From IMG/VR virus record IMGVR_UViG_3300037423_002564: DNA of 64,000 nucleotides. One strand, given 5' to 3'. Origin of the DNA: a virus. A program made the position numbers and the translations under genes. The notes below the pieces were generated by a model. The model made no database searches and was not told the DNA's origin. It was given only the letters and a program-made list of their open reading frames with translations. Below, piece after piece: positions 34,058 to 44,400 of the stretch; position 1 is the first letter of the stretch, and each line of letters opens with the position of its first letter.

Positions 34058-35170
34058 ATGACCGCGCGTCTTTCTATCACCAGCACCCTCATCGTCAACA
34101 AGCTGGGCTACACGCCGCTCAACCCCACGAGCGCGTCGAGCCTGGTGCTCTCCGGCGCGCTGGCGACCACGGCGATCTACTCGGCGAAGGTCACGGGCGA
34201 CGCCCAGAACCGCTTCACCGTCGGCGCCGACGGCAAGACGTCCTGGGGGCCGGGCAACGCAGGCCAGGACACCAACCTCTACCGCAGCGCCACCGGCACG
34301 CTCAAGACCGACAGCGTACTCGTGGTCGGCGGCACGCTGACCCTGGGCTCGGGCGCCGTGACGGTCTCCAACGCCAACGGCAACCTCCTGCCCGCGGCCT
34401 TCGGCTCCCAGACCGCCAAGTTCTTCATGGCCGCGCCCAACGGCGCCAACGGCAACCCGACCTTCCGCGCCATCGTGCAGAGCGACCTGCCGTCCAACAT
34501 CGCCGTCACCAACGCCAACAACGCCTTCACGTCCGTGCAGGGCATCAACCTCAATGCCAACAGCATCGCCCTGGTCTACAACCTGAACGGCGGCGAGGGC
34601 ATGATGCGTTGGCTGGACGGCCAGGCCACCTTGGGCTACAGCACCTGGACGCCCACCTTCGAGGTCGCCGTCAACACCGGCACCGGCGGCCACCTGCTGA
34701 ACATCAACTTCGGCGTGGACAACGCCGGCAACGCCCCGGCCTACACCATCAACGCGCTGCGAACCGGCGGGACGGCGCTCGTCAACCGCAAGCTGCTCTC
34801 GCTCCAGAACAACGCGGTGGAGAAGGCGTATGTCACCAACGGCGGCAACATCGTCACGGTGGGCACGCTGACCCTGGGCTCGGGCGCCACGGTGGTATCC
34901 AACGCCGCCGGCAACCTCTTGGCCTCCGCGCTGACGGGCGCGCTGCCGGCCATCAGCGGCGCGAGCCTGACCGGCCTGACCTTCTCCCAGTTGGGTGGCG
35001 CCATCACGGCCGCCCAGCAGAACATCGCGACCACGCTCGCCCTGGGCGCGGTGAAGCCCGACGGCTCGACCATCCTGGTCGATGCCAACGGCGTGATCAG
35101 CGCGGCGAGCGGGGGCGGTGGCTCCAGCTCCAGCAGCATCGACGGCATGACCCTGATGGGCGGCATCTAG
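34058..35170 (+). CDS. Second tail fibre/spike-like protein
   Basis: Gly/Ala/Thr/Asn-rich; internal duplication GTLTLGSGA..VSNA.GNLL. Confidence 0.7.
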   Translation: MTARLSITSTLIVNKLGYTPLNPTSASSLVLSGALATTAIYSAKVTGDAQNRFTVGADGKTSWGPGNAGQDTNLYRSATGTLKTDSVLVVGGTLTLGSGAVTVSNANGNLLPAAFGSQTAKFFMAAPNGANGNPTFRAIVQSDLPSNIAVTNANNAFTSVQGINLNANSIALVYNLNGGEGMMRWLDGQATLGYSTWTPTFEVAVNTGTGGHLLNINFGVDNAGNAPAYTINALRTGGTALVNRKLLSLQNNAVEKAYVTNGGNIVTVGTLTLGSGATVVSNAAGNLLASALTGALPAISGASLTGLTFSQLGGAITAAQQNIATTLALGAVKPDGSTILVDANGVISAASGGGGSSSSSIDGMTLMGGI

Positions 35171-35198
35171 CCCCCGCACCCGATAAGGAGACCTCCCC

Positions 35199-35570
35199 AT
35201 GGCTTACGGCAACGCCACCCCCAAGCGCCTCGGCGCCATCGGCACGCTGCCCGCGAACAACGGCCAGTCGGCCACGCTCTATACCGTGCCCAACGCCAAG
35301 GGCGCGGTGCTGAAGCGCATCCACCTCCAGAACGGCAATTTCACGCCGTTCTCCTCGACGACGCAGTACTCCGGCTGGGTGAACATCGTGGTGAACGGCA
35401 CCTACGTCCGCCAGATTTACACCAGCAAGCCCGCGGGTAGCAACGTGTGGGTCCTCGACGATGTCGACCTCAACCTGCCGCTCGTGGCGGGCGACACGGT
35501 GGCGTTGCAGTCGCCGACGAACAACGGCTCGTATTCGGCGTACCTTGCGGGCGTCGAGTTCGACGTCTAA
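35199..35570 (+). CDS. Small beta-rich tail-associated protein
   Basis: TLYTVP..AVLKRIHLQN..LVAGDTVALQS..SAYLAGVEF pattern typical of fibre-adjacent small proteins. Confidence 0.6.
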   Translation: MAYGNATPKRLGAIGTLPANNGQSATLYTVPNAKGAVLKRIHLQNGNFTPFSSTTQYSGWVNIVVNGTYVRQIYTSKPAGSNVWVLDDVDLNLPLVAGDTVALQSPTNNGSYSAYLAGVEFDV

Positions 35571-35579
35571 GGAGGGGCC

Positions 35580-36383
35580 ATGCTGACCCGCTGCAACCTG
35601 CTCGCCTACCAGGCGCCCCTGCCCACCCTGGGCGACCTCCCCGATACCACGAGCGTGCTCGCGGTGCTGGACAAGGTCGACTTCCTCGTCGTCGAGAAGC
35701 AGACCGGGCCGGCGAACGCCACCCTGGTCGAGCTGCTCAACGCGCTCAAGACCATGAACCCCACCTGCAAGGTCTTCGGCCGCGTGCTGGTGGGCTCGGC
35801 CGCCGATCTCACGGCCGCGCAGGCCGCGATGGACCTCTGGACCACCGACGTGCCGGCGGAGCTGCTCGCGGGCTTCTGCCTGTCGGAGGTGGACTTCGGC
35901 GGCACGGCGACGCGGGCCAACCTCAACGCGTTGGTGGACAAGGCCCACCTCGCGTCGAAGGGCGTGCTGATGGACGCCACCAACGTCTTCAACGTCTTCG
36001 AGCCCTACCCGGGCGAGGCGGCGCCGAAGTTCGGCCGCGACCCGGAGAACCGGGACTACCTCATGCTCCACGACTTCTACCTGGCGAACCAGGGCCCGGG
36101 CCAGCCGGCCCTCGCGGAGTCGGTGGAGCACCGCGCGGGTCGCGCGGACTACCTGGCCGGCGCGCGCGTCGACCGCCTCACGGGCATCGGGCCGCTCAAT
36201 GTGGGCTACCTGGCGCTCGTCGGGGCGGGCAACGCCGCCTTCTTGAGCGAGGACACCTTCAAGAAGGCGCTCAAGGCCGCCAACGAGCTGGCCTTCGAGG
36301 GCATCGGCATCGAGCCGGACGACGCCGGCGCCACCAGCCACCGCTTCTTCTTGAGCCAGGTGGGCAACCAGACCTTGGCGTAA
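35580..36383 (+). CDS. Tail-associated protein, possible spherulin-4/GH114-like TIM barrel
   Basis: NPTCKVFGRV..MDLW..AGFCLSEVDFG..TRANLNALVDKAH..DYLMLHDF; tentative. Confidence 0.4.
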   Translation: MLTRCNLLAYQAPLPTLGDLPDTTSVLAVLDKVDFLVVEKQTGPANATLVELLNALKTMNPTCKVFGRVLVGSAADLTAAQAAMDLWTTDVPAELLAGFCLSEVDFGGTATRANLNALVDKAHLASKGVLMDATNVFNVFEPYPGEAAPKFGRDPENRDYLMLHDFYLANQGPGQPALAESVEHRAGRADYLAGARVDRLTGIGPLNVGYLALVGAGNAAFLSEDTFKKALKAANELAFEGIGIEPDDAGATSHRFFLSQVGNQTLA

Positions 36384-36400
36384 CGCACCGGGGGGTACGA

Positions 36401-36439
36401 GAGGAGAGGGGGCCGTTGCGAGCGGCCCCCTCTTCTTTT
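36401..36439 (+). terminator. Intrinsic terminator
   Basis: AGAGGGGGCCG-TTGCGAG-CGGCCCCCTCT followed by TCTTTT. Confidence 0.8.
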
Positions 36440-36440
36440 G

Positions 36441-36469
36441 CCATACAATAGGGGTAGGACCGAACGTCG
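36441..36469 (+). promoter_or_regulatory. -10 TACAAT plus operator upstream of the tape-measure-like gene
   Basis: CCATACAATAGGG, then GGTAGGACC GAACGTCG. Confidence 0.6.
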
Positions 36470-36480
36470 GAGGGGCCACT

Positions 36481-39400
36481 TTGCTTGGCGAGAACTTCAA
36501 CCAGCCCGACCCGACCCAGCGCATCACCTGGGACGTGACCTTGCGCGCGGACCAGGCCAACCAGGAGCTGGACAGCCTCAACGCCAAGGCCATGCGCGTG
36601 GCGGACTCGCTCTCCGCGCTGTCGAGCGGCTACCTCAACAACCTGGCCGCCACCCAGGCCGCGGCCACGGCCGCCCCGCAGGTGGGCGTCAACCCGCTGG
36701 CGGGCGGCATGTTCACGGCCGGCATGATCCCGCAGACCGCGATGGCCATGCAGAACGCGGTCGCGATGGGCGGCGCCTTCAGCCCGCAGGCCATCATGGC
36801 CCGCGACGCCACGATGATGCAGCTCGCCGCGATGGGGCCGGCCACCGGCATGGGCCCCAGCCTGACCACGCCCTGGGGCGACCCCACGGTGAACTTCACG
36901 CGCGGCAACGGCGCGAGCCCCTTCCGCATGAACCTGGGCTACCTGCCCTTCCAGGGGCCGCCGGGCGCGCCGGGCGACCCCCGCCGCGGCGACTTCTTCT
37001 TCTCCGACCGCTCGGGCTCGATGCTCGACACCGCCGGCATGCTCTTCGGGCGCATGACGGGCTACGGCATCGCCAACGACAACCTCGAAGACCGCATGAT
37101 CCGCAACATCGAGCGGCGCATGAGCCACTTCGGCGAGAACGTGAGCGGCCTCGCGCGCTTCGGGGTCTTCGACATGGGCGGCAGCCTGGCGGGCTCGGCC
37201 GTGGGCTCCTTGCTGATGCCCGGCGTGGGCACCGTGGCGGGCGGCCTGGTGGGCGGTCTGGCCGGCGGCATCGCCAACCAGACCTTCGGCCGCATCAGCC
37301 AGCCCTTCGTCGACATGGGCAAGGACTTCAAGCAGTACACCGCCCCCTACATCCGCGGCAACCGCTTGGGCGGCGGCATCGACGAAAAGGAGCGCTTCGA
37401 CGTCCAGGAGGCGATGGCGCGCAAGGTGGCGGAGGACAAGTGGTTCACCAGCCGCGAGTACCAGGATCTGGTCTCGATGGCGGGCGAGACCGGCCTCTTC
37501 CAGTACACCGGCAACAAGGAGCAGGCCCTGCGCGCGGTGGATAAGCTGGGCGAGAGCGTCAAGGCGCTCTACGCGCTGGGCGTGAAGAGCCGCGAGATGC
37601 TGGGCGAGATCGACAAGATGGCCGGCACCTTCGGCATGAACCCGGGCAAGGACCCGGCCCAGATCGCGAACTTCTACGCCACCATGGCCGTGAGCGCCCA
37701 GTCGGCGGGCATGAGCACGGCCCAGATGACCACGGCCGTGGCGCCAGCGGCCCAGATGTTCGCCAACCAGGGGCTGGGCTTCGCCACCGGCGCGCGCATC
37801 GCCGCCATGAACCTGGGCGCCGCCGGCGACATGTTCCGCAGCGGCCGGCTGGGGGCCTTCGAGAACACCTACTACGGCGGCAAGGAGGGCTTCGCCAACG
37901 CCCTGACCCAGGCCCAGGCCGCGAGCTTCCGCACGCCCATCGGCGAGACCTACCTCATGAGCCTGTTCGGCGACAACATGCGCAACCTGAACAAGATGAT
38001 GAACGGCGAGACGCTCTCCATCAACGACATGATGCGCGGCGCCGGCAAGCTCGCGAGCCAGAACCCCGGCGAGTTCATGGGCATCCGCGCGCGCATGCCC
38101 TGGCTGATGCAGGAGATCCCCGGCGAGCGCCTGGCCCTGGGCGACCTCCAGAACATCATCGGGGAGTACCGCACGCTCTTCGGCAAGAAGAAGGGCCCCG
38201 TGAACAGCCTGGAGCTGCTCAACTACATGATCACGAGCCGGCAGATGGACCCCACGGCCGCCAACGCCCTCTTGGACTTCGGCCTGGGCGCGGAGGACGC
38301 CGCGGAGGGCAAGCGCCGATCCGCGGGCGACCAGATGGAGATCCAGCGCATCGAGGCCATGCGCGCGCCCGGCCTGACGCGCAAGATCGAGAACGCCTAC
38401 GAGCGCATCATCGCGGCGCCCTTCACCACCTTCAAGACCGGGCTCGACCGCGCCGGCGCGAGCGTGGGCAAGGACATCACGGAGATGCTGACGGGCGTCC
38501 ATGTCTACAACACCGGCGCCGACGGCATGAACGTCTACAAGCCCTTCGAGGCCGAGCTGGCGGTCAGCCGCGCGGAGGACCGCGTGCGCAACATCGGCCT
38601 CACGCCCATCCAGAGCCTCGTCGACCAGCACCCGGCCGTCACCCTGGCCCAGAGCACGGAGGAGGCGGCCCGCGGCCTGTTCGGCGGCAAGGACGTCACC
38701 GCGCGCACGAACTTCGACAAGGCGCTCTCCGCCAACGGCGTGAGCCCCGAGGAGGCCGCGCTCTTCCGCAAGATCGTGACGGAGGGCAAGGCCGAGATGC
38801 GCCTGGCCGGCCCGGAGCGCGCGGCGCTCGACCGGGCGGCGATGGAGACCACCGGCGCCTCCAGCGCCGCCGCCGCCCAGGCCCAGATCCTGCAAGACGC
38901 CCAGGCCCGGGAGCGCTTCGCCGCGCGGGCCCGCCGGGACGGCTTCAACCAGACCTTCGCCGACGCCTACCTGGATGACCGCCCGGTGGTGGTGAGCCGC
39001 CAGGACCTCCCCACGGCCGTCGGCGATCGCCTCACCCAGGCCCTGGCCGCGAGCAGCGGGCGCAAGGCCACCGCGGGGCTCTTGGATCCCGCCAACCAGG
39101 AGATCGTCAACCGGCTGGCCGACCACGACCAGGCCGGCGCCGCCGCGGCCGAGGCGGAGCTGCGCCGGCTGGGCTATACGCAGGAGGAGATCGACACCTT
39201 CCGCCAGGTCACGTACCAGGACAAGCTGGATCACGGCATGGACGCTTTCGGGCTGCCCAAGGCGCGCGGCATGGACGATCGCCGCACCGCGCTCTTGGCG
39301 GAGGGCTCCGCGCGCACGTTCCGCCGGCGCAACCTCTCGCCCGAGCGCTTCCAGCAGATGCTCGACATCTACGACCGCGAGACGCGCCAGAAGCAGGAGA

Positions 39401-41085
39401 CCTTCCGGGTCAACAACCTCGACTTCGTGAAGGGCATCCAGGCCAGCCAGGACGGCTCCGACGGCCTGCTGTCGTCCATGAGCGCGGACGTGGTGCGGCA
39501 GCTCCAGGAGCGCGGGGACATGGGCGCCATCGAGAAGGCCATCACGGGCGATCGCGAGACGACGCTCGACAACCTGGCGCCCCTGATCTTCCAGCACAAG
39601 CGCTCCGAGCTGTCCAACCAGCAGCTCTACCAGTTGGGCGGCGTGGTCGACCAGCTCCGCAAGCAGGGCCTCGGCCGTGACAAGCGGGGGATGCTCGACG
39701 ACCTGGCCGAAGGCGCGCTCAAGGACCCCGGCGACCCCCGCATGATCGCGGGCGAGAAGCTGGAGGACGAAATTCGCAAGCGCAGCCGCGAGCTGGGCAC
39801 CGTCGGCCAGCGCCTCTTGGGGTCCAGCGCCAAGGCGGAGGACGCCGTGGAAGCCGGCAACATCTACCTGCGCAAGGCCGTGGCCGATGTCATCCGCCGC
39901 AGCAGCGGCTACGCCGACGCGCGCGAGAAGCTCGCGAGCCTGGGCGTGACCGAGGACCAGTACGCGCAGTACGGCATCGACGCCGACCGCTTCCGCGACA
40001 CCGGCAACCGCTACGCCCTGGAGTATCAGCAGAACGTCGTCAACCAGGCCCTGGGCAAGCTCGGGAAGGAGCGCCAGAAGGACTTCATCGGGATGGACGA
40101 CGACTTCAACACGATGTTCCCCGATCCGATGGGCGGCTTCAAGGCCATCAAGGGCCTGGTGCAGCTCCAGAGCCGCAAGGCGGAGCTGGCGCCCGTGGCC
40201 TTGAGCAGCCAGGACATCCAGGACCTCTCCTTGCGCTTCGGCACCGACCGCCTGGGCGGCGTGAGCCTCGCGGGCTACGGCATGGGCGGCACGACCTGGC
40301 AGCAGGTGGCCGACAAGCTGAAGAGCGGCAACATCGGCGACACGCGCGCCGTGATCCAGGCGCTCATGTCCGACGAGAAGGTCAAGAGCAAGCTGGACCC
40401 GGGCGGCATGGAGGCCATCATCGCGGCCAGCGGCAAGCTCGCGGAGGGCAAGGCGCTCTCGGACGACGAGATGTTGGGCATCTTCAAGCAGATCAACCCC
40501 AAGACCACGCTCAAGGACGTGCAGCTCCTGCGCGAGAGCAAGAAGGCCCAGGACGACGCGCTGCCCGCCGGCGAGCGCCGCGGCGAGGTCGGCATTGACA
40601 CCGACGTGCTGAACTCGGCCCTCTCGCACGCCCTCAAGGGCGGCATGATGCCCCACACCACCGTGGGCGACAAGCTGGGCAGCAACCTCGACCCGGAGGT
40701 GCGCGCGGCCATGATCAAGGCGTTCGACCAGCAGATGGCGCTGGCCCAGCAGATGGAGCAAATTGGCAAGGCGATCGACCCCACCCGCCAGAACGAGCTG
40801 ATGGCCGCGGTCAAGCAGCTCGTCAGCGCCGACGGCAAGGGCGGCATCGGCGAGGCGCTCAAGGCGTACTCGAAGGACGGTAAGGCCCTCGACGTTAACA
40901 TCGTCGGCGGCATGCCGGAGCCCGTCCACACCGTGGTCAACGCCGGGAGCCCCAACGAGGTCTCCCACAACCAGGCGGCGCCCCAGGCCGCCCCGCTGAA
41001 GAACGGCGGCGTCGCGCCCAAGGGGCCGGTCGCGCCGAAGCCCAGCACCGCCCGTCCCACCCCGACCAAGCCGAAGGGCAAGTAA
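36481..41085 (+). CDS. Tape-measure-like protein
   Basis: 1534 aa, helical Ala/Gly/Met-rich, glycine-zipper GSAVGSLLMPGVGTVAGGLVGG, positioned upstream of baseplate genes. Confidence 0.7.
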   Translation: MLGENFNQPDPTQRITWDVTLRADQANQELDSLNAKAMRVADSLSALSSGYLNNLAATQAAATAAPQVGVNPLAGGMFTAGMIPQTAMAMQNAVAMGGAFSPQAIMARDATMMQLAAMGPATGMGPSLTTPWGDPTVNFTRGNGASPFRMNLGYLPFQGPPGAPGDPRRGDFFFSDRSGSMLDTAGMLFGRMTGYGIANDNLEDRMIRNIERRMSHFGENVSGLARFGVFDMGGSLAGSAVGSLLMPGVGTVAGGLVGGLAGGIANQTFGRISQPFVDMGKDFKQYTAPYIRGNRLGGGIDEKERFDVQEAMARKVAEDKWFTSREYQDLVSMAGETGLFQYTGNKEQALRAVDKLGESVKALYALGVKSREMLGEIDKMAGTFGMNPGKDPAQIANFYATMAVSAQSAGMSTAQMTTAVAPAAQMFANQGLGFATGARIAAMNLGAAGDMFRSGRLGAFENTYYGGKEGFANALTQAQAASFRTPIGETYLMSLFGDNMRNLNKMMNGETLSINDMMRGAGKLASQNPGEFMGIRARMPWLMQEIPGERLALGDLQNIIGEYRTLFGKKKGPVNSLELLNYMITSRQMDPTAANALLDFGLGAEDAAEGKRRSAGDQMEIQRIEAMRAPGLTRKIENAYERIIAAPFTTFKTGLDRAGASVGKDITEMLTGVHVYNTGADGMNVYKPFEAELAVSRAEDRVRNIGLTPIQSLVDQHPAVTLAQSTEEAARGLFGGKDVTARTNFDKALSANGVSPEEAALFRKIVTEGKAEMRLAGPERAALDRAAMETTGASSAAAAQAQILQDAQARERFAARARRDGFNQTFADAYLDDRPVVVSRQDLPTAVGDRLTQALAASSGRKATAGLLDPANQEIVNRLADHDQAGAAAAEAELRRLGYTQEEIDTFRQVTYQDKLDHGMDAFGLPKARGMDDRRTALLAEGSARTFRRRNLSPERFQQMLDIYDRETRQKQETFRVNNLDFVKGIQASQDGSDGLLSSMSADVVRQLQERGDMGAIEKAITGDRETTLDNLAPLIFQHKRSELSNQQLYQLGGVVDQLRKQGLGRDKRGMLDDLAEGALKDPGDPRMIAGEKLEDEIRKRSRELGTVGQRLLGSSAKAEDAVEAGNIYLRKAVADVIRRSSGYADAREKLASLGVTEDQYAQYGIDADRFRDTGNRYALEYQQNVVNQALGKLGKERQKDFIGMDDDFNTMFPDPMGGFKAIKGLVQLQSRKAELAPVALSSQDIQDLSLRFGTDRLGGVSLAGYGMGGTTWQQVADKLKSGNIGDTRAVIQALMSDEKVKSKLDPGGMEAIIAASGKLAEGKALSDDEMLGIFKQINPKTTLKDVQLLRESKKAQDDALPAGERRGEVGIDTDVLNSALSHALKGGMMPHTTVGDKLGSNLDPEVRAAMIKAFDQQMALAQQMEQIGKAIDPTRQNELMAAVKQLVSADGKGGIGEALKAYSKDGKALDVNIVGGMPEPVHTVVNAGSPNEVSHNQAAPQAAPLKNGGVAPKGPVAPKPSTARPTPTKPKGK

Positions 41086-41088
41086 CAC

Positions 41089-41445
41089 ATGAGGATTGCC
41101 GTGGAACAGCATTACGACCGCGTCTTGGCGGAGATTGGCCGGTACAACCCGCGCTGGTACGACGCCATGCACGTCGTGGACCTGGCGACCTGGCTGCGCA
41201 ACTGGAACGAGTCGGTGCTGCTGCGGCTGTACGCCGAGGCGCTCGCGGCCAAGAAGGCGGCGGCCAGCGCCTGGGAGCTGGCCCACGCGGCCAAGATCGC
41301 CCAGGCCGCCTACGTGGCGATGGACCCCGAGGACGTGCGCAAGGCGCTGACCGACCCGGTGATCCAGGCGCTCGTGGAGTCCTTGAGCGCGGATCGGCGG
41401 GCCGGCCTCCCTCCCTATAATACGGATGGAGGCCAGCCCGCGTGA
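41089..41445 (+). CDS. Small protein, possibly tail-assembly associated
   Basis: 118 aa between tape measure and large structural gene. Confidence 0.55.
   Translation: MRIAVEQHYDRVLAEIGRYNPRWYDAMHVVDLATWLRNWNESVLLRLYAEALAAKKAAASAWELAHAAKIAQAAYVAMDPEDVRKALTDPVIQALVESLSADRRAGLPPYNTDGGQPA
41416..41421 (+). promoter_or_regulatory. TATAAT -10 element
   Basis: CCCTATAATACGG, 21 nt above GTG 41442 with GGAGG RBS. Confidence 0.65.
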
Positions 41446-44400
41446 CCATCATCCCCGGTTCCGACCTCGCCAACCAGCTCGATGCCGAGCACGCCTCCGA
41501 CCGCACCCGGTCGGAGGCGCGTTACGTGCTGCTCAAGCTGCGCCTGGCCTACGCGAAGAACCGGACGCTCGCCATCCCGCCCACCACGGGCGGCACCCTG
41601 ACCGCGCTCAAGGAGATCACGCACACCGGCGACGGCGGCGGCGTGTTCTCGGCGGTGGTCAAGGAGGACACCGTGATCCCCGGCGGCACGGCCGCGGAGC
41701 TGCGCTTCATGGCGGCCGTGGGCCTGCCGGTGGCCGACGGCACCGACGCCAAGCTGGTGGTGCCGCCGAGCGGCCCCGTGCTGCTCAACGCCAGCCAGCT
41801 CCCCGACGCGCCCGACGACCAGGTGGACGCCGGCCACGTCTGGGTGCGCCTCAAGCAGCGCGTGGGCGGCTCCGATCCCAGCACGGGCGTGCAGATCGTC
41901 ACCAAGACCGGCCAGGGCGCCGACGCCCACCTGGAGGCCAAGGTCAACGAGCTGACGGTGCAGGCCGTCACCGCCGGCGGCCAGATCGGCTATCAGCCGG
42001 CCGTCGAGTGGCCGGTCATGAGCAGCCTGAACGCCACGGCCCAGATTGCCAACGTCGGGCTCCAGCGCGCCCACACGCTGGTGGACCCCGTCCGCACCTT
42101 CACCGGCCTGGTGACGGTGGGCGACTTCGTGCAGCTCGTGGCGAACGGCAACACCACGGACCCCAGCGTCGCCGGCAAGTTCTTTCGGGTCGAGGCCGTG
42201 GGCACGGGCACGCTCCAGCTCTCCTTGGCGCCCTACACCCGCATGCCGGACGGCACCTACGCCGCCCAGGCACTGGAGGCCGCCAACTACAGCAGCCCCT
42301 ACGACTTCAAGGTGGTGCGCGTCCAGACGGAGGCCGTGTTCCTGCGCCACGCCAGCCAGACCTTCGCGGGCATCAAGGCCGGCGACTACCTGCACGCACG
42401 CTGGACCGACACGCTGACGGCCCAGACCTTCGACAAGGTCTTCGTGGTGTCGGCCGTGCCGGCGCCGGGCCTCTTGCTCCTGGACGTGGTGGTCTACGCC
42501 GCCGGCAAGGCGCCCTACGGCGGGGCCATGACGGTCACGCCGGGCGACTACTTCTTGGAGAGCGCGGTGTACAGCCTGACGCGCGCGCCGGGCAACTTGA
42601 GCTACTTCCGCCTCACCAGCGTGGGGGCGCTCTTCACCCAGCGCGTGAAGGTCGGCGACTACGTGCGCTTCATCGCCCGCACGGGCATCCTCGACGCCAC
42701 GGCGGGCCCCGGCCCCATCGTGGGCAGCCCCAGCTACTACCGCGTGGCGACGGTGGCCTCGGACGACGTCGTGACCTTCGCGCCCACCAAGTACAAACAG
42801 GTCCTGCGCGACCCCGCCGACCCCGCCAGCGGCGAGTTCCAGCCGGAGGGCGCGAGCTTCTACCAGGACGTGGACACCTTCGTGGACTTCGAGGTCTACG
42901 CGGTGGCCGCGAGCTACCCGCACGCCACGGTCTGGAAGGTCACGGGCATCGCCCGCCAGGCCGGCACGGTGACGAGCTACGCGCTCGCCCGCGCCTTATA
43001 CGACGGCTACGGCGGCATCAACGGCGCGTTCACCGTGCATGCGGGCGTGGTGCCCGTGATCACGGACCACTACGACGTCGAGCTGATCCAGACCTTCCCC
43101 GACCAGCTCGTGCTGTACCACCCGACGGGCGACCTCTCGCGCCTGCACGCCTTCACGAGCACCCAGGCCGACTATATCAAGACCACGGCGCGCACCAGCG
43201 CTCCCGTCACGCAGGCCCCCGCGACCACCGTGGGCATCTACGCCGTGGCGGCCGTGCCGCGCAAGGACGTGGCCTTCCTGACGCCCGTGCGCCTGGCCGG
43301 CAGCAAGCCGAAGTACCAGGTCGACGCGCCCTTCCCGGCTACGCCCTTCGCCGACGCCTGCGACTACACGGCCGTGCGCGTGAGCGGCGAGTACCGCGCC
43401 GTGAGCTTCACCCTGACGAGCGGCACGGCGGAGGTCGGCGACTTCATGAAGCTCGACCAGGGCCCGCCGGAGGCGCGCGGCTACTGGAAGGTCACGGCCG
43501 TGGCCGGTCAAACCCTGACGCTCGACCCCAAGAACCGCTACGACCGCCTGGTGACGGAGGTCTTCGAGGCCGTGCCCCTCGACGCCCAGGACGTCACCAC
43601 GCTCGACCTCCAGGCGGCCGTGGGCTTCTACCGCAAGAGCGACCGCACCAGCACCCTGACCCTGGAGCGCGCGGGCACCAGCTTCAACGGCCTGCCCACC
43701 CTGCTTGACGTGCCCGGCCCCAACAGCGTGATCGACCACGGCGCGGTCGTCACGGTCTATACCGGCCCCGCGAACGCGCGCGTGACCCAGCACTTCCTCG
43801 TGACCATCGCCACCGCCACCAAGCTCTTCTTGTCGCCCGTGCCCCTGACGGTGGACGCCAACGGCACCTACAAGATGGGCTCGGCCGCGCTGTCGGTGGC
43901 GCAGGTGCTGCCGGCGGACTTCGTCGTGTACCAGGCCACGAGCCTCTTCACGGACGCCAGCGACAAGCTAACGTACCTACGCGACCACGTCATCGGCACC
44001 GCGCGCCTGGCGAGCCTGGACGCGACCTTCGGCCTGCTGACCCAGAGCAAGGACCCCGCCGACATGCAGGCGGTGGCCGACGCGGCCGTGCGCCAGGCGG
44101 CCAAGCTCGTGGCGGGCAACTACCAGTTCCCGGTGCCGGCGGAGCCGCCCATCAACGCGGTCACGCTGACGCCCGACGCGATCGCGAGCGGGCTCAACGA
44201 CGCGTCCTTCACCCAGGCCCGCGATGCCGGCTACGACGTGCTGGTGAGCTACCCGAACTACCAGATTGCCGTGGCCTTCGCCACCGCCGTGGACTTCCAG
44301 GGCTACTTCGACACGAAGACGCTCTCCGAGATGAAGGACGCCTTCGTCGAGGCGGAGCTGCTCTCGCGCGGCTACGCGGACTGGCTGGCCTTCATCGGGG

